Positions 33,554-47,833 of a stretch of 64,000 nt of DNA are shown in pieces. The DNA is from Amoebidium appalachense (lineage: Eukaryota; Protista; Ichthyosporea), in NCBI GenBank assembly GCA_963693365.1, contig CAVNZM010000013.1, positions 707,817-771,816 on the forward strand, read 5' to 3'. The notes below the pieces were generated by a model that did no database searches, was not told where the DNA came from, and saw only the letters and a program-made list of their open reading frames with translations. Both the position numbers and the translations under genes were made by a program. Position 1 is the first letter of the stretch, and each line of letters begins with the position of its first letter.

Positions 33554-33967
33554 CGGATGATTTAGACCTCAATGAGAGTGCTGTTTTCTTTATGGGTGGG
33601 GAGAGTGGAACCGAGTGCCGAGAGGGGGGAGGAGGGCAGGTGAGGGGGATAGACGGTAGGGTGGGTTGGGCGGGGGGGTTTGGGGGGGGGGAGGGGGGTT
33701 TTGGGGGGGGGGGGGGGGAGGGGGGGGAGGGGGAGGTGGGGACCTCGAACCTTCCGTTCAGACAAACGATGGCTTGCCCGGGGCCCATGCCGGCACACGA
33801 AAGAGCCGATCCAGGTATGATTAAGGAGATTTCCTGCCTGTTGAGATTGTAAAACGTGAATGGTTGTTACATTTTTTGCGCAAAACACCTTGGTGAAAAG
33901 ACGTGTGTGTCGGCCACCGTGCAAGTACTTACAGACAGGAAAATTCAAGTAAACGATGCCACGGTTT
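30631..33967 (-). CDS. Probable spliced gene of unknown function (5' end not found)
   Basis: Non-repetitive islands 33967-33933, 33837-33751 and 32752-32533 have AG/GT ends and join in frame ([49 protein letters not shown]...LCQLVQR). Possible later exons lie near 31640-31560 and 30801-30631. No family recognised. Confidence 0.4.
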
Positions 33968-35969
33968 CTAATGCATTAACCACGTCCAAAACAGACAACA
34001 GGTGTAAGTGCCACATTGATGCACGTTGCAGCAGGCACTCTCTCCCCACGAGAAAACTGCTGCACAACCAAGGAGTTGAAAAACGTAGAATAAAGCCAAT
34101 TCAAATAAAGACAAAAATAAGATAGATTAAAACAAAACAACTGAGGATGTTATGGAGCCCGTAGAGCCCAGTAAAGGTACGCCTGTGACTGTTCTTTCTC
34201 TGGGGAGGGAAAAGGCGGCTTGGGGTAGAAGTGAAGGTGTAAGACGGAGCAACCGTGGGAGGTAGAAAAGGAAGAGCAGAAGAGTGGCGGAAGAGAGGTG
34301 GGGGGGGGGGGGGGGGGGAGGGGGGGAGGGGAGGGGGTTGGATGTATGCATTAGAGGATTCGAAGCTATGCAAGTGGAGACATCAAGAGACAAAACTTAA
34401 CCCTGAGCCGTTCACCCGGAGGCCAAAATTGACCAGCTTTGAAAAATAGAAAAAAATCATTAAAAGCGGCCAAAGTAGACAAAAATGCACAAAGCATATG
34501 TACATATGTCTTTCGTTGTGTCCCATAAAAAAAAACGGTGTGTTCCTATGTGTCCGCACGTGTTATGAACACGTGATTTGTGTCGAATTTGCCAACCGCG
34601 GCGGGGTTTCTTTCAAGACAGTTACGTAATATGAATCCCCGTAAAGATCTTAGCAAATCGGATTGATGAACTTATCAGGCGATCGATTCGAACCCTGGAA
34701 TCCGTGCATCCCGGCATCCTCTTGCCGCCAGCCTTCGAAAATTGGGGGGCCGCTCGATGAAAATATAGGCAGTTAGGCAAAACACCCACGAGAAACAAAA
34801 AAACATAGTCGATCCCGGTGTTCTTTGGGTTTTTCGAAAGTAGAAAACATAGAATACTAAGTTAGGCAAAAATTCCTTAGCCTCATGACTATTACGCGTC
34901 GTGTGCTATTTATTTTCGAAAGTCGCTGATGCATTTATTTTTGAAATGATGCAAAAATGCATCGGCGAACGCCTAGGGGTTAACACTTCAAAAAGATACA
35001 ACCATAACCTCCCCCCCCCCCCCCCCCCAAAAAAAAAAAAAAAAAAAAAAACCACAATAAAGGGGGAGAGGAGTGGAGGGGAGGAGGTTGGAGGAAGGAG
35101 GGGGGGGGAGGGGGGGCAGGGACATACTTGTGGTAGACAAGTCCCAACCATAGGCCGTGTGTGACACTGGCAATATGGTATGTTTCTATATATGGCGTGT
35201 CGGTGACGGTTATGTCTACGTGAGATGCTGCCCTTAAACCTTCAAACAGGCAGGTGGCGGAGAATGTGGGGGGGATGGGCTTCGCTTCCCATTCATCGAT
35301 ACGGTCTCCTACCTGTGATGGGTTGTTTGGAGATATTTAAGTTTATTTTTGTTCTTTTTTTTGTTGTTGTTTTTTTCTTTTTTCTTTTTTCTTTTTTCTT
35401 TATTTATTTATTTGATTTATTATTATTTATTTATTTGTTTATTTATTTATTTGTTTATTAATTTATTTTTTTTTTGGGGGGGGGGGGGCTGAGGGAGGGG
35501 GCGAGGGAGAGGAGTTGGGGAACCAGGTGGAGGGGGGGGGGGGTAGTGCTGTATTTGTGTACTTTGTGTTTGGGTGTGTATGTGTAGGGTGGGGGTGGGG
35601 GTGGGGTGGGGTGGAGGGGGGGAAGGGGGGGGGGGGGGGGGGGGAGGTGAGGTTTGAGTGTTTTACAGAATACAAAGTGCACATTCATGACAAACAGCAC
35701 AAGCGGAGTGCAAAGCACGCATAAATGTATGCACTATATGCAAAGCCAATCCTCGGGGGGGGGGGGGGGGGGTATATGTTCCTAATGAAGGTCCCAGTTG
35801 TTTTTTCTAGTTGCCCCCATGAAAGGGTCAGGGGGGTTGATTGGTTTTGTGTGCAACTATGTGTGCATGCACCTACGTGCATTTTCCTTGCTCGTGTTTA
35901 TCTTTCCTTCTTTCCCCCTTTTTCTATGCCTTGCCCAGGGCGTGTGGATAATGTGTGCGTCTATGTCCT

Positions 35970-36012
<43 letters not shown>

Positions 36013-36913
36013 GTGTGCATGTGTATGTGTGCGCACGCGCGTGTACCCACACAATTTTATTTTGATCGGGGATTTGTCCTTGTTTTTCTATTTTATATTA
36101 TTTCCATTTATAAAAAAGATGGGGGGGGGGGGGGGGGAAGAGGGGGAGGATCTGGTAGCTCACCTGCAGCCCACATTTCCACGCAGGGGACCCTTTTCTC
36201 ACCAACGTCACGATCATCTCCCCTCGAAACAGGCACAACCGCACCCCAAAATCCGTGTTTGACTCCTTTTTTGTTCTCACCACACGCCCGCACATGCCCG
36301 GCCTGTCGTTGCCCGTTTTCGGCGGCATGTTGTATGAGTGCATGATATTTATCCAACCAGGCTCACGGGTTATGGTGTTTATGGTGTTGTAGTTTTTGGC
36401 ACTTTTTTCAAACCTGTGTGTCGACCCAATTGACGACCGCCTGATGAGGTGGTCGGTGGACGCGAAGGTGCACGATTCCATCATTGTGCTTTCGAACCTC
36501 ATTTTTCCGTTTTTTTTTTTCGTGTTAATCAGGTTATTTCTTCACTTGTTTGCTTTGCTTTTACTTCGTTATTATTCAAGTCTAAAGGAAAATGGTGGTA
36601 GTGTTTGATATGCGTTATTATTCAAGTCTAAAGGAAAATGGTGGTAGTGTTTGATATGACGACTCGTTAGATATTGTAAGTGTTTAGACGGGGGCCGCTT
36701 TGTAGGTACCTGATTATGCTATGTAGGGGAACCCCGTATTGCCGTGGGTGTGCCTTTACCATCCTAAAAACAGTGTGGTGTGTCTATTTTTCCGGTGACA
36801 TGTACGTGAACATGGGGCTATATTTACAAATGATGCATAATGGGTGAAGGAAGAGATGTATGTCAACCTGATCTGGGTGTGTGTTTGGGTGTTGTTCGTT
36901 TCACATGTTTGAG

Positions 36914-36944
<31 letters not shown>

Positions 36945-38857
36945 TTTGGTGTGGTTGCCAAATTGTGCTGGTGTGGATGCCTCGATGGACCCTCCTCATA
37001 TGAGCTGTCCATACAACACAAGCACCTGTGGTTGTTTACTTGTCTGTGTGCAGTTTTACTGTCTCCTTTGTCTCGCAATGCGTGGGTTTGTGTGCCTGAG
37101 TGGTGTCTGCGTGCATGTGTGTGAAACTGGTCCGGTGTGTTCGTAGTCAATCTTTTACATGCACAGCTGGTGATACGACCGTAACGTATCAGTATGCTCG
37201 CAAGTGCGCTAATATGCTCTGCAACAGCGTCTACACTAATATTAGCTACAAAAAAAAACCTAGCCTTTCTCCGGTGGTCCCGGTATAAAAAGTTTGTATT
37301 CGCCAGAATCTATTCGTACATTCGCATACGAGTTGAAACGAAGCGACGTCGACAGTGGGAACGAACGCCTAGTGATGATCTGCAATGATTAGTTCTGCCT
37401 CGGTGCCACCATGAAAGTTGGACCCAAAGGAGTGTGGAGTGGTGAGGAGAACTTGACAATCACTGAAGGCACGGCCCACGGACCAGGCTGTGAAATTTTT
37501 TGTATGCTGATTATCATAACCACAGATTTGTGTATGAAACACCGAACCAAACTTTGTGGTTAGGCCCACCAATTTTATCACCGGTGGCTCTATTTCAGCC
37601 ATTGGGATATATAAAAAATATGTTCGTAACAGCGTTTGGTGACACAATTAGGGCCATATGGACAGGGGGCCCGTTGCCAAAATGGAATCGGCCAAACCCA
37701 TATTTCACACCCTGTCTGCCACTGCGGCCGGGCGCTCAGCCTGCCCGGGGCTGCCCCTCCACCAGATTCGAACATACTGAGACTCACACTTGAGCCTCAG
37801 TTGTCACATAGGCATAGGTAGGGCTCTTATGCAATCATGTTTGGCACATTATATTATATTTGTATCAGAGTGTGTTTCGTGAATATAGAACTAAAACACA
37901 ATGTGCACACTTACGTTCTAGGGTGTTGTTATCGGCAGCCACATTCTCCGCCAATTATTCTGCATAAATTGCCTGTATGGTAAGTCTTTTTGATTGGATT
38001 ATATGGTCGATCACGCTTCCTATTGAATAGCTTTCAACCAATCGAATCAATTATTTTCCCGCAAAAGTCATATTTTAGTTAAAAAATCTCGTTACGCCAA
38101 TCGCAATACACGAAAACACCAAACAATATTGGAGTGAACGACCAATCGGAGATGTGTCAAGCTAAGAGCCAATCATTGACAAAATCCGCACACAGGGTTT
38201 GAAAGTATTTGGGTTGGAAAGCCGAGCACTTCATTACACGGGGGGAATGGGGGGGGGGAATGTGCTGTTTCAACATGTTCAACATACCGTTCATGGGCCG
38301 AAGGCAAGTCGGCGGCACGTGCACAGGCTGGACCACTGGCGTCCATGTGTGCGTGTGTGCGCGCGCGCGTGCGTGCGTGCGTGCATGCATGCTTGCGTGC
38401 GTGCGTGCGTGCGTGTGTTTTTCTGTCTATATGTGTGTGCGTGTGTGGGCGTGTGTGTGTGTGGGGGGGGGGGGGGGGTGTTGTATGTATGTATTGGTGT
38501 ACGGACGTGTATGTGTTCGGATGTGTGTGTGAGGTAGTAGTAGTAGCTAGTGGTAGTGTATGTGCACGGTGTGCATGGGCGCCTGTGGGTGTGGGTGGGT
38601 GGGTGGGTGACTGGGTGGGTGGGTGACTGGGTGACTGTGTCAAATCGTGTGTGCGCGCCAATGTGTGTACACTAAGTCAGGGCGGCGCTATAATAATAAA
38701 TTGCGTTACACAAGTTAACACTGGGAAACAACCGCTACATAATATATATTAAAATCAGAGAGAAGCAAAGGCTTATTCACAGTTCGAACCTGTAGGAACA
38801 CCTCTCTCACACACGTACGAACAGAAAACGATGCTACACACACACATGCACATACAC

Positions 38858-38939
<82 letters not shown>

Positions 38940-38967
38940 ATGGCATCATGGACACACACACACACCA

Positions 38968-39032
<65 letters not shown>

Positions 39033-40083
39033 GCACATTTTGATTATAATTTATCATAGCCACGCGCAGACACACTCACGGCTATCATGTGCACCATGTC
39101 TTGACTCACACAACTTCACACACTGGATCTGTGCATCCTGGAACAGTCGTGCAGTGCTCACAGTCCTACCACCTACTGAGGCGGTGTCTCCTTTCTTCTT
39201 TTTTCTTTTTTTTTTTTTTTTTACTTAAAAGGGCCGCCTGAGTAGATGTTAAACGTCGCACGTGCAGCAACACGTCAGTACGTGTTAGCTCACAGTCACA
39301 CGTTTGATTTAAATATGTTAACGTTATGCACGTGTGCAATACATACTGTGTGCTTGCACATGTGCGCGTCACAGTGAATTGCCTCTGAGTCCAATCAGCT
39401 ACTGTCTTGGTTTACTCAGAGTAACTAATGCACCTGTGTGTGCCTGCGGATACACAGATCGATACGCAATTGAGTATGTAAGCATGCATGTATTGACATC
39501 ACACAGCCAAAAATGTGCTTTCCGGTTGCAGGACTGAGCTTATTACGGAAAGGTTACTTGTGGTGTGATGGTTGCGCCGGTGGGTGGAGGGTGATGGCGG
39601 CGGCAGCGGCGGGTCGACCGTCACGGCGGCTGTGGCGGCAACGGTGGTGGTGGTGGGTGGGTGGGCGGGAGGGTGGTGTGGGTGGGTGGGTGGTGGTGGT
39701 GGCGATGGTGGTGCCACAGGTGGTGAGTCGTTTTTTTTTTTTTTTTTTTTTTTTTTTTTGTGGTGGTGCTGGGGGGGGGGGGGGGGGGGAGGGGGAGGGG
39801 CGGGGGGAGGGGGGGGGGGGGGGGGGGGGGGGAGGGGGGGGAGGGTGGGGGGGGGGGGGGGGGAGGGGGGGGGGGAGCCGGGAAGGGGGGGAGGGGGGGG
39901 GGGGGGGGGGGTAGTATCAATTGGTTGCCTACGGTCCTGCAGCTGTGCGAAAAACTGGCCGGTTGATTGCTGCTGTATAAAACAATCCGAACATCAGGGA
40001 AACCTTTCAAGTCTTTTTTTTTCTTTCTTTTTTTTTTTTTTTTTTGGTGGGGGGGGGGGGGGGGGGGGGGGGTGCGTGTGCGT

Positions 40084-40154
<71 letters not shown>

Positions 40155-40175
40155 CGCGCGCGCGTCACAGCTCGT

Positions 40176-40206
<31 letters not shown>

Positions 40207-41150
40207 GGGGGGGGGGGGTCACCAAACATGCAGCTGGTGTGTAAGTTGTCTGTAATTTTGCACATTTTCTTTTTTCACTCTTTGGACAATTTCTTTGCAA
40301 TGGTTCAAGCACCGTGACATTTTCAAATGATTCGGTATCTGCAGTCAATCAGTCCCCTGCAAATGCCATTAAACACGACAGTTGGCTCATGGTTGGGCGG
40401 CCAGCCGGGAAAGCGCTTTTTTTACATTGATATCAGATTATGGTCACAATGACACGGGCACAAGAATACGACACGGCACATGCCATGAAAGTATTATGTG
40501 GTTGGCACTGTGGACGTGGCCCAGGGACACAGGTGTCATACTGCTAACTAAGGGCTACTATTTGCTAAATTTTGTGATGTGAATGTAGTATGGGTTGAAA
40601 ACGTCTTCAACTACGAACTGGGGTGCCGTGTTTGATCTGCCAGCCCAGTGTCTGTTTGCTTCTACCGACCCTACAGTACTTTTTTTTTTTTTTTTTTGAA
40701 TTATATAAACAGGCAAGTCTACATATGCATAATAATACAACGGAAACCTTTGCAGACCCAGTCACCAACTTCAAAAAACAGTTAATCATGATACATCATT
40801 GCCTCCCAAACGCCTAAATCTCTTACGGAGCCACCACAGCCTAGCAGCCGAACTAACTCCACCTCCCCCCCCCCCCCCCCCCCCCACCACACACACACAC
40901 ACACCCTCTCCCCCCCCCTCCCTCCCCCTTGCACTCTCCCCCTCCCCCCCTCCCCCCTCCCCCCTCCCCCCTTTCCCTTCACGCCACAAAATAACACGGT
41001 TAAAGCATTACACACACAGGGTGGATTCGAACCCACTGCACCGCCAGTCTGAGAGCAGATGTCGCACCCATCCAAACTTTTGCTCGAACCCATTCTCTTC
41101 GGCGAATATTTCCTCCTACGGCACGCGTTCCTTCTGTCCCTCACAAACAT

Positions 41151-41243
41151 GTACTTCCATCTAAGTCCATGCTTGTTGCACAATGTTGCTGGTCCCTTAG
41201 GCCCCGTCCTCCACTGAGTTTTGTCCTTTCCAGTCACTTTACA
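41151..41243 (-). pseudogene. Degenerate GATA-type zinc-finger segment within ORF 40782-41366
   Basis: CKVTGKDKTQWRTGPKGPATLCNKHGLRWKY matches the GATA core T-x-QWRxGPxGPxTLCNxCGL, but two zinc ligands are altered. Confidence 0.55.
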
Positions 41244-41993
41244 CCCACCCCTTCCGTCCCATAAACCCCTTCTCCTCTCCCGCGGGAGCTTTATCATGTG
41301 GTTGAAATGTACATGCTGCCACCTACATGTGCACAAAGCTAGTAGTTTTCCCGTGTATTCGTACATGATATCTTGTTAGAATTCAACTATGTACAGCAGT
41401 ACAGCAGCTGCAGGTTGGAGTTCGAGTGCATGTACCTATATCATGAGACTGCCGCTAATTATTAGTTATTGATATTATTGTTTCTAGATGTAAAAACGTG
41501 GAAGATGCACATGCGCATGCATGCACATCTGCATTGAACGCACTTGCCCTCTACAGGGGGTGACTAATATCAAGATAATTTGAAATTAAGATAAATAGTG
41601 AAGAAGAAAAAATTTCTTCAAAAATTAAGATAATAGGGTCTAACAAACCTGGTGGATATTTAAGATCATTGGGGGGCAGGGGGCGGGGGGAGAGGGGGGG
41701 GGGGGGGGGGAGGGGGGGGGGGGGGGGGGAGCTGGAGGGGGGAGGGATGTTGCACATGTTTAGTTGGCTAGGGAGAAGGATACGAATTGATTAAATGCTA
41801 CACCACTGTCACCGCCCTGGTTGTCTTCACCTCTAATCGGAGTGTTCGAATTGGGGGTGGGGTGGGGTGGGGGGAGAGGGGAAAGAGTTGAAGGGTATGG
41901 GGGAATTCGAACCACCAACTGTTTTGAAGGAGGGTACCGGTGTGTGTGTGTGGGGGGAGGGGGGGGGGGGGGGGGGAACCTATATGGGAAGGA

Positions 41994-42033
<40 letters not shown>

Positions 42034-42124
42034 AAAAAGAAAAAGAAAAAGAAAAAAAAAAAGAAAAAAGAATGTAGGGAGGGAGGGTGCGGAGGGTTTT
42101 TATTTTTATTTTTATTTTTTTTTT

Positions 42125-42164
<40 letters not shown>

Positions 42165-42441
42165 TTTTTGATCAATGCTTGCTACTCACCCGGATGCAAT
42201 CGAAAGTCAAAAAAACTATACGTGCAATGGCCGGGCGCAGGTATGGGCACATATTAATATTTAAATGACGTGCGTGCACAAGAATATGTTGCTGTGCACA
42301 CACAGACTGAGCGCAACTCACGGCCTAACAGATCGGTATGGACACACGATTGTGATTGTCAAGCACACGCACATACATAATAGTATCATAATGCACAAAC
42401 ACATAAACACATGGCCGCACGCGCACGCGCGCGAAAGAGAG

Positions 42442-42614
<173 letters not shown>

Positions 42615-42943
42615 AGAGAGAGAACAGGACACGGGGGGGGGGGGGGGGGGGGGGGAGGGAGATGCACATAAGGCATCATACTCATACACCACGCGCATGC
42701 GCCGCGTTGAAGCATTTCCAGACATACACACACAAACGCGTTCGCGCACGCACGCATGTGCACGCGCTTGTACATACACATAGACTAAATTCGTTCACAT
42801 ACCGTACAATATATACATACACATACATGCAGCGGATTCGCAGACACACACACATACACACACCCATACACACATTCACACACACGCCCGCGCGCGCACA
42901 CGCACAGCCCTCCCCCCTCCCCCCCCTCCCCCCTCCCCTCCCC

Positions 42944-42974
<31 letters not shown>

Positions 42975-44355
42975 ACCCGTTGGCAAGTGCGCCTTATGTG
43001 CACACACCGCCGTGCCACAGGCCCTGCAATTTCAAAGCCACCTGTGCCCCCAGCTGCCAGAACCACCATTGATTGGACTTGAGCTTTCTTTAGCGTGTGA
43101 AATCTTATTTTTAGTGTTTGAAGTCTTGCCAAGTTGAGATGACTGCCCTTTAGCATGCACAGTCAGCCACTTTTGTTAGAAAAGAAGTCCCCCCCCCCCC
43201 CCCCCCCCCCCCCGCGCGGACACAACCCACCGAAGTAAAAATATAAGATCATTTAGGCTATTGCCCCTTAAAAATTAAGATAATTAGCCCCTACTTTCAA
43301 AGCACCAATGATCTTAATTTCACCCCCCCGCACATATACACCTCCCCCCCCCCCCCCCCCCCCCTCCCACCCCCCTTCTCCTTCCTCCCCCCACCCACCA
43401 CCCACCCGCCCATTCAACCCCCCTGTCCCCCTTCCCCCCCTCACCACCCTTCCCCCTGCCCCCCCCTGCCCCCCCCTGCCCCCCCCTCTCCCTTCCCCTT
43501 CCCCGCCCTCCCCCCTCCCCCCTCCCCCTCCCCCCGCCTGTACTGGAAAGTTTGGTATCCAGCATTTTTTTAGAGCCAGCATTTGGGAAAGAGACGAGGG
43601 GGTGAATGCAAGGGCTATCATGGGACCAGCAAAAGATTATTGTATTTTTATTTTATTTTATTTTACTTTATTTTTTATTTTTTTATTTGGTGGGGGGAGG
43701 GGAGGGGGGGGGGGGAATAAAGAGAGTTCGAGGGAGGACAGGCACGGGGCTAGGTATGGTGGTTCTCTAGCTCTAGGCGGGTATTGTCGGGCCCGAACTC
43801 GTTAAAGGGTGTAGCCGGAGGGGGGAGGCGGAGGAGGAGGGGAAGGGAGAAGGTGGGGCTGGAGGGGGATGGGTGGGGGGAGGGGAGGGGGGATGGGTAG
43901 GGGAGTGCTCAGGGGGGAAAGGGGTGAGGTAGGGGTTGGATGCGGAGGAAGGCGGGGGGAGGGGTAAGGGAGTGAGCGAGAGAGCAAACGAGCACGAGAG
44001 AGATAGTGAGAGAGAGGGGGGGAAGGGGGGGGGGGGAGTGGGGAGGAGCAGGGTTAAGATGGAAAAATACCCCCTCCCTCCCTCCCCGCCCAACCAACCA
44101 ACCAACAAAAAAAAAAAAAAAAAACTACCCCCCCCCCCCCCCCAACACACACACCAAAAAGAAAATAAAAAATGTGACAGTGCGTGCATCTACACACTGT
44201 TCGACGCTATGAGTGGCACATATTTGTTTCACGTGTTTTCACCGTATGAGAGGCACACGTGTTGAGTTGCCGTGGTGTTCCTTTTTGCACCTTTCGGGCA
44301 TGTGCTGTAGCCATTCATAAAGGTAGTGGATAAGCTGATGCTTTGCTTTTTTTCG

Positions 44356-44400
<45 letters not shown>

Positions 44401-44736
44401 GGGGGGGAGGAGGGAGGGAGGGAGGGGGGGGGGGGGGGGAGGGGGGGAAGCTGTAAATAAGTTTAGATCATGAGCCCGATATGTTAAAAGTATATCTGAA
44501 GAACGATTGTTGAACTATTGAACAACATTGCAGCGGCCAGCACTGCATGCACAGAGTATTTTCGAAAAACCTAAATTACAGATATTTCTATGCCAAACTG
44601 AAAAATTGGAACATGCAACATATCATCATTGAAATTTGGGCAAACCTTTGCTGGACTTCTATAAACATACTAGTTTACTTAACAATTAAATGTCGTAGTG
44701 CTATCAATGTATCGTAGTGCTATCAATGTATCTCCC

Positions 44737-46365
44737 TTACATGTAAACCACAATATCATCCGCCCCGCTCACGAAGTCCATGTCGGCCTCTGCGGCGCTG
44801 AGAGGGGCCATAATCACTGGGACGGGGGCAGGTGCCGGGGCAGCAATGACCTTAGGGGCTGCGGCTGGGCCACCAGTCTTGATCTCACAACACTGATTGT
44901 ACTTAGCGTCCCAATATTGGCCCGGGGGGCAAGAGGGGGCCGGCGTGGGGGTCTTGATCTCGCAGCATTGGTTGTACTTAGCGTCCCAATACTGACCAGG
45001 GGGGCAAGCGGGCGCGGGCGTAGGCGTGGGAGTCTTAATGTCACAGCATTGCTGATACTTCTCGTCCCAGAACTGGCCGGGGGGGCACGAGGGCGCGGGC
45101 GTTGGGGTGGGGCGTGAGGACGAAGTGGTTTTGATGTTGCAACACTGGTTGTACTTGGCATCCCAATACTGGCCAGGGGGACAAATCGGGGCAGGGGTGA
45201 ACGTGGGAGTAGTGGTGGCGGTGGTCGTGGTTTTGATATCACAGCAGCGGTTGTACTTGGCGTCCCAGAACTGACCAGGAGGGCAGATGGGATCAGGGTT
45301 GGGTGCGGGGGTGAATGTTGGGGTGGTGGTGGCTGTCGTTTTGATGTTGCAACACTGGTTGTACTTAGCATCCCAATACTGGCCCGGGGGGCACACAGGT
45401 GCCGGGGTGAACGTGGGGGTGGTGGCGGTGGTGGTTGTCTTGATGTTGCAGCATTGCTGATACTTCTCGTCCCAGAACTGACCGGGAGGACAGGCGGGTG
45501 CGGGAGTGGGTGTGGGGCGAGAAGACGAAGTGGTTTTGATGTTGCAACATTGGTTGTACTTGGCATCCCAATACTGGCCGGGGGGGCAGATGGGATCGGG
45601 GGTAGGTGCGGGGGTGGTGGTGGTGGTGGTCTTGATGATGCAGCATTGGCTATACTTAGCATCCCAATACTGTCCTGGGGGGCAAACCGGAGCCGGGGTA
45701 AACGTGGGCGTAGTGATAGTCGTGGTTTTGATGTCACAGCAACGGTTGTATTTGGCGTCCCACAACTGGCCGGGGGGGCAGATGGGATCAGGGGTGGGTG
45801 TGGGGATGGAGGATGTGGTTGTCTTGATATCACAGCATTGCTGGTATTTGGCATCCCAGAACTGACCGGGTGGGCAGATGGGGGAGGGTGTGGGGTTTGG
45901 CTTGTTGATATCGCAGCAGCGGCCATAGGTAGCGTCCCAGTACTGGCCGGGGTGGCAAGTGGTGTTTGTGGGATTGCAGCAGCCCTCCGACCAGCTTTTC
46001 CACACCTTTCCGCGGGGGCAGCGGGGTATCCTTCGGCAGGCCCTGTGCCAGCGTGCATAGCCGACAGGGCAGTTAAGGCCACGGAGGGGCACGAGCACGC
46101 TGTTCCAACTGCTCACTGGCACGACCGCTACCGGGGCACGCACAGGCACTGCAACCACGGGCGCAGCACCGAGGAGGGGCTGTACATCGGGTGTGGCTAC
46201 CCTCTGCACCGTCCGGACAGGCGCTTGGGTGTCGGCCAAATGCAAGGGGGCAGCTGCAAGTGCGACCGGCACGGTGGACATGTCGGGCGCCTGGCGCACG
46301 GCAACAGCTGCCGCAGAGGCCGCGGCCGCAGCCAGAAGGCTGGAGGAGGCGGCGATGTGTACCAT
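44737..46365 (-). CDS. Secreted Cys/Thr/Pro-rich repeat protein, copy A (542 aa, intronless; 12 CPPGQxWDxKYxxCC modules plus 2 variant modules)
   Basis: Open ORF with an Ala-rich signal-peptide-like N-terminus (MVHIAASSSLLAAAAASAAAVA) and repeats separated by mucin-like T/P linkers; upstream TATATAAA and CCAAT. Confidence 0.85.
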   Translation of the reverse strand: MVHIAASSSLLAAAAASAAAVAVRQAPDMSTVPVALAAAPLHLADTQAPVRTVQRVATPDVQPLLGAAPVVAVPVRAPVAVVPVSSWNSVLVPLRGLNCPVGYARWHRACRRIPRCPRGKVWKSWSEGCCNPTNTTCHPGQYWDATYGRCCDINKPNPTPSPICPPGQFWDAKYQQCCDIKTTTSSIPTPTPDPICPPGQLWDAKYNRCCDIKTTTITTPTFTPAPVCPPGQYWDAKYSQCCIIKTTTTTTPAPTPDPICPPGQYWDAKYNQCCNIKTTSSSRPTPTPAPACPPGQFWDEKYQQCCNIKTTTTATTPTFTPAPVCPPGQYWDAKYNQCCNIKTTATTTPTFTPAPNPDPICPPGQFWDAKYNRCCDIKTTTTATTTPTFTPAPICPPGQYWDAKYNQCCNIKTTSSSRPTPTPAPSCPPGQFWDEKYQQCCDIKTPTPTPAPACPPGQYWDAKYNQCCEIKTPTPAPSCPPGQYWDAKYNQCCEIKTGGPAAAPKVIAAPAPAPVPVIMAPLSAAEADMDFVSGADDIVVYM

Positions 46366-46511
46366 TTTGAAAAAATGTGCGCGCGTATACAAGTTGCTAC
46401 TAAGCTACACTGTGTTCTTCGCTAGTCAATTGTCAGAACAAAAGTCGGTTTGCTGTTGAGCTCGAGGTGACTGGCTGTGGGACTGAATGATGATCTGCAT
46501 ACTCACCGGGG

Positions 46512-46560
46512 TTTATATACCCATTCGTACCCGCTGGTGATTGGTCCATCAAAATGTTTC
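46512..46560 (-). promoter_or_regulatory. TATA box and CCAAT box upstream of repeat-protein copy A
   Basis: TATATAAA on the minus strand at 46512-46519; GAAACATTTTGATGGACCAATC is shared with the copy B upstream region. Confidence 0.55.
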
Positions 46561-47833
46561 TGCTTTATCTGATTGGTTTAAGAGATTTGTTGGGCTAGAG
46601 CGTATGATTGGATTTTCCCATCTGATTTCGAATCCAAATTCGAATTTCAAATACCAATCAAAACAGTGTTTAAGTCGAGATCTACATTCCTTACAGATGC
46701 CAACGTTACACTTCCTGCCGCTAATTGCGGGCTTGCCGCTTGCGGGGGAACTTCAACACGGACTCAGACTCTGCCGTTTGGCTAATATTAAAACACACAC
46801 AAAAAAAAGTAGGAATATTCGCGCTCAAATACGCAAGCTTGTACCTTGTTTTCAATAATATTCCTTGGTCTGTGTACAAACCTACACACCAAATACTAGG
46901 CCCGCAGGCCGCCTGTCACGGCTTTCGAGTCTCGGTCCGACTCCCGTAAGATTTTCTGTGTGCGCTGGTGCGGCGAGCGACGGGGTGCCGCGAAGGCTTA
47001 CCGTGGATGCCATAAGCATGCTACCTAACTGAGCTTAGTCCATGGCACACGCCATCAGTCATATGAGAGGCATGTGCAGGAAAAGGCGACTATGTAATCG
47101 TTGTTGGAGTTAGTCATAATTATAGTGGATAAGTACTCGCTAGCACGGTATTTTCAATAGAACAGATTGGATATGTGGTAATACGATGCGCATGGTGGTG
47201 GTGATGATCGGATGGTGGTGGCCACTGGTGGCCCAGTGTGGTGGTGGTGGTGGTGCTGGTGGTGGTATGTGTCTGTGTGTGTGGGGGGGGGGGGGGAGGA
47301 GGGGGGTGTGTGCGTGTGTGTGTGTGGGGAGGGGGGGGGGGGGGGAGGAGGGGGGAGGGAGGCCGGGGGCGGGGGGGCCTCGAGGGGGGGGGGGGGGGGG
47401 GGAGGGGGGGGGGGGGGGGGGGAGTGGCATGACTGCAGGTATTTCGAATGCCCAGCATGGTGTGAATGCGTGCGTGCACCTCCGTGCGCATCTCATCCTC
47501 TGTTTTCTGTTTGCATATGTACGTGTGTGCTTGTGCACATGTGCGCATGAGCAGGTTCTCGGCATGACACAGTAGCCCAATAAAACCACCATTGGCCCTA
47601 ATACAGCCAGAAACAACAAAAAAGACTCAACAAACCGTTTTTGGCTCTACTGTATAGGGCCATCCAGAGGCAGAGGAAAAGGTGCAAAAATGGCACATGC
47701 CAAAAACGAATTTTTACACCCTGGTGGTGACACCATGCTTGCAGCCAATGGCACCACGCGGATCGATCGATTGGTCCACGCGGATCGATCGATTGGTCCA
47801 AGCGTTGCATGTAACGTTTGCCTGTGTGAGGAA

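Noticed and set aside
36567-36658. 46-bp perfect tandem duplication (similar small ones at 1377-1482, 44692-44735 and 47754-47800)
   Set aside because: Ordinary local duplications with no further structure; they show a background duplication rate that any test of exon echoes must control for.
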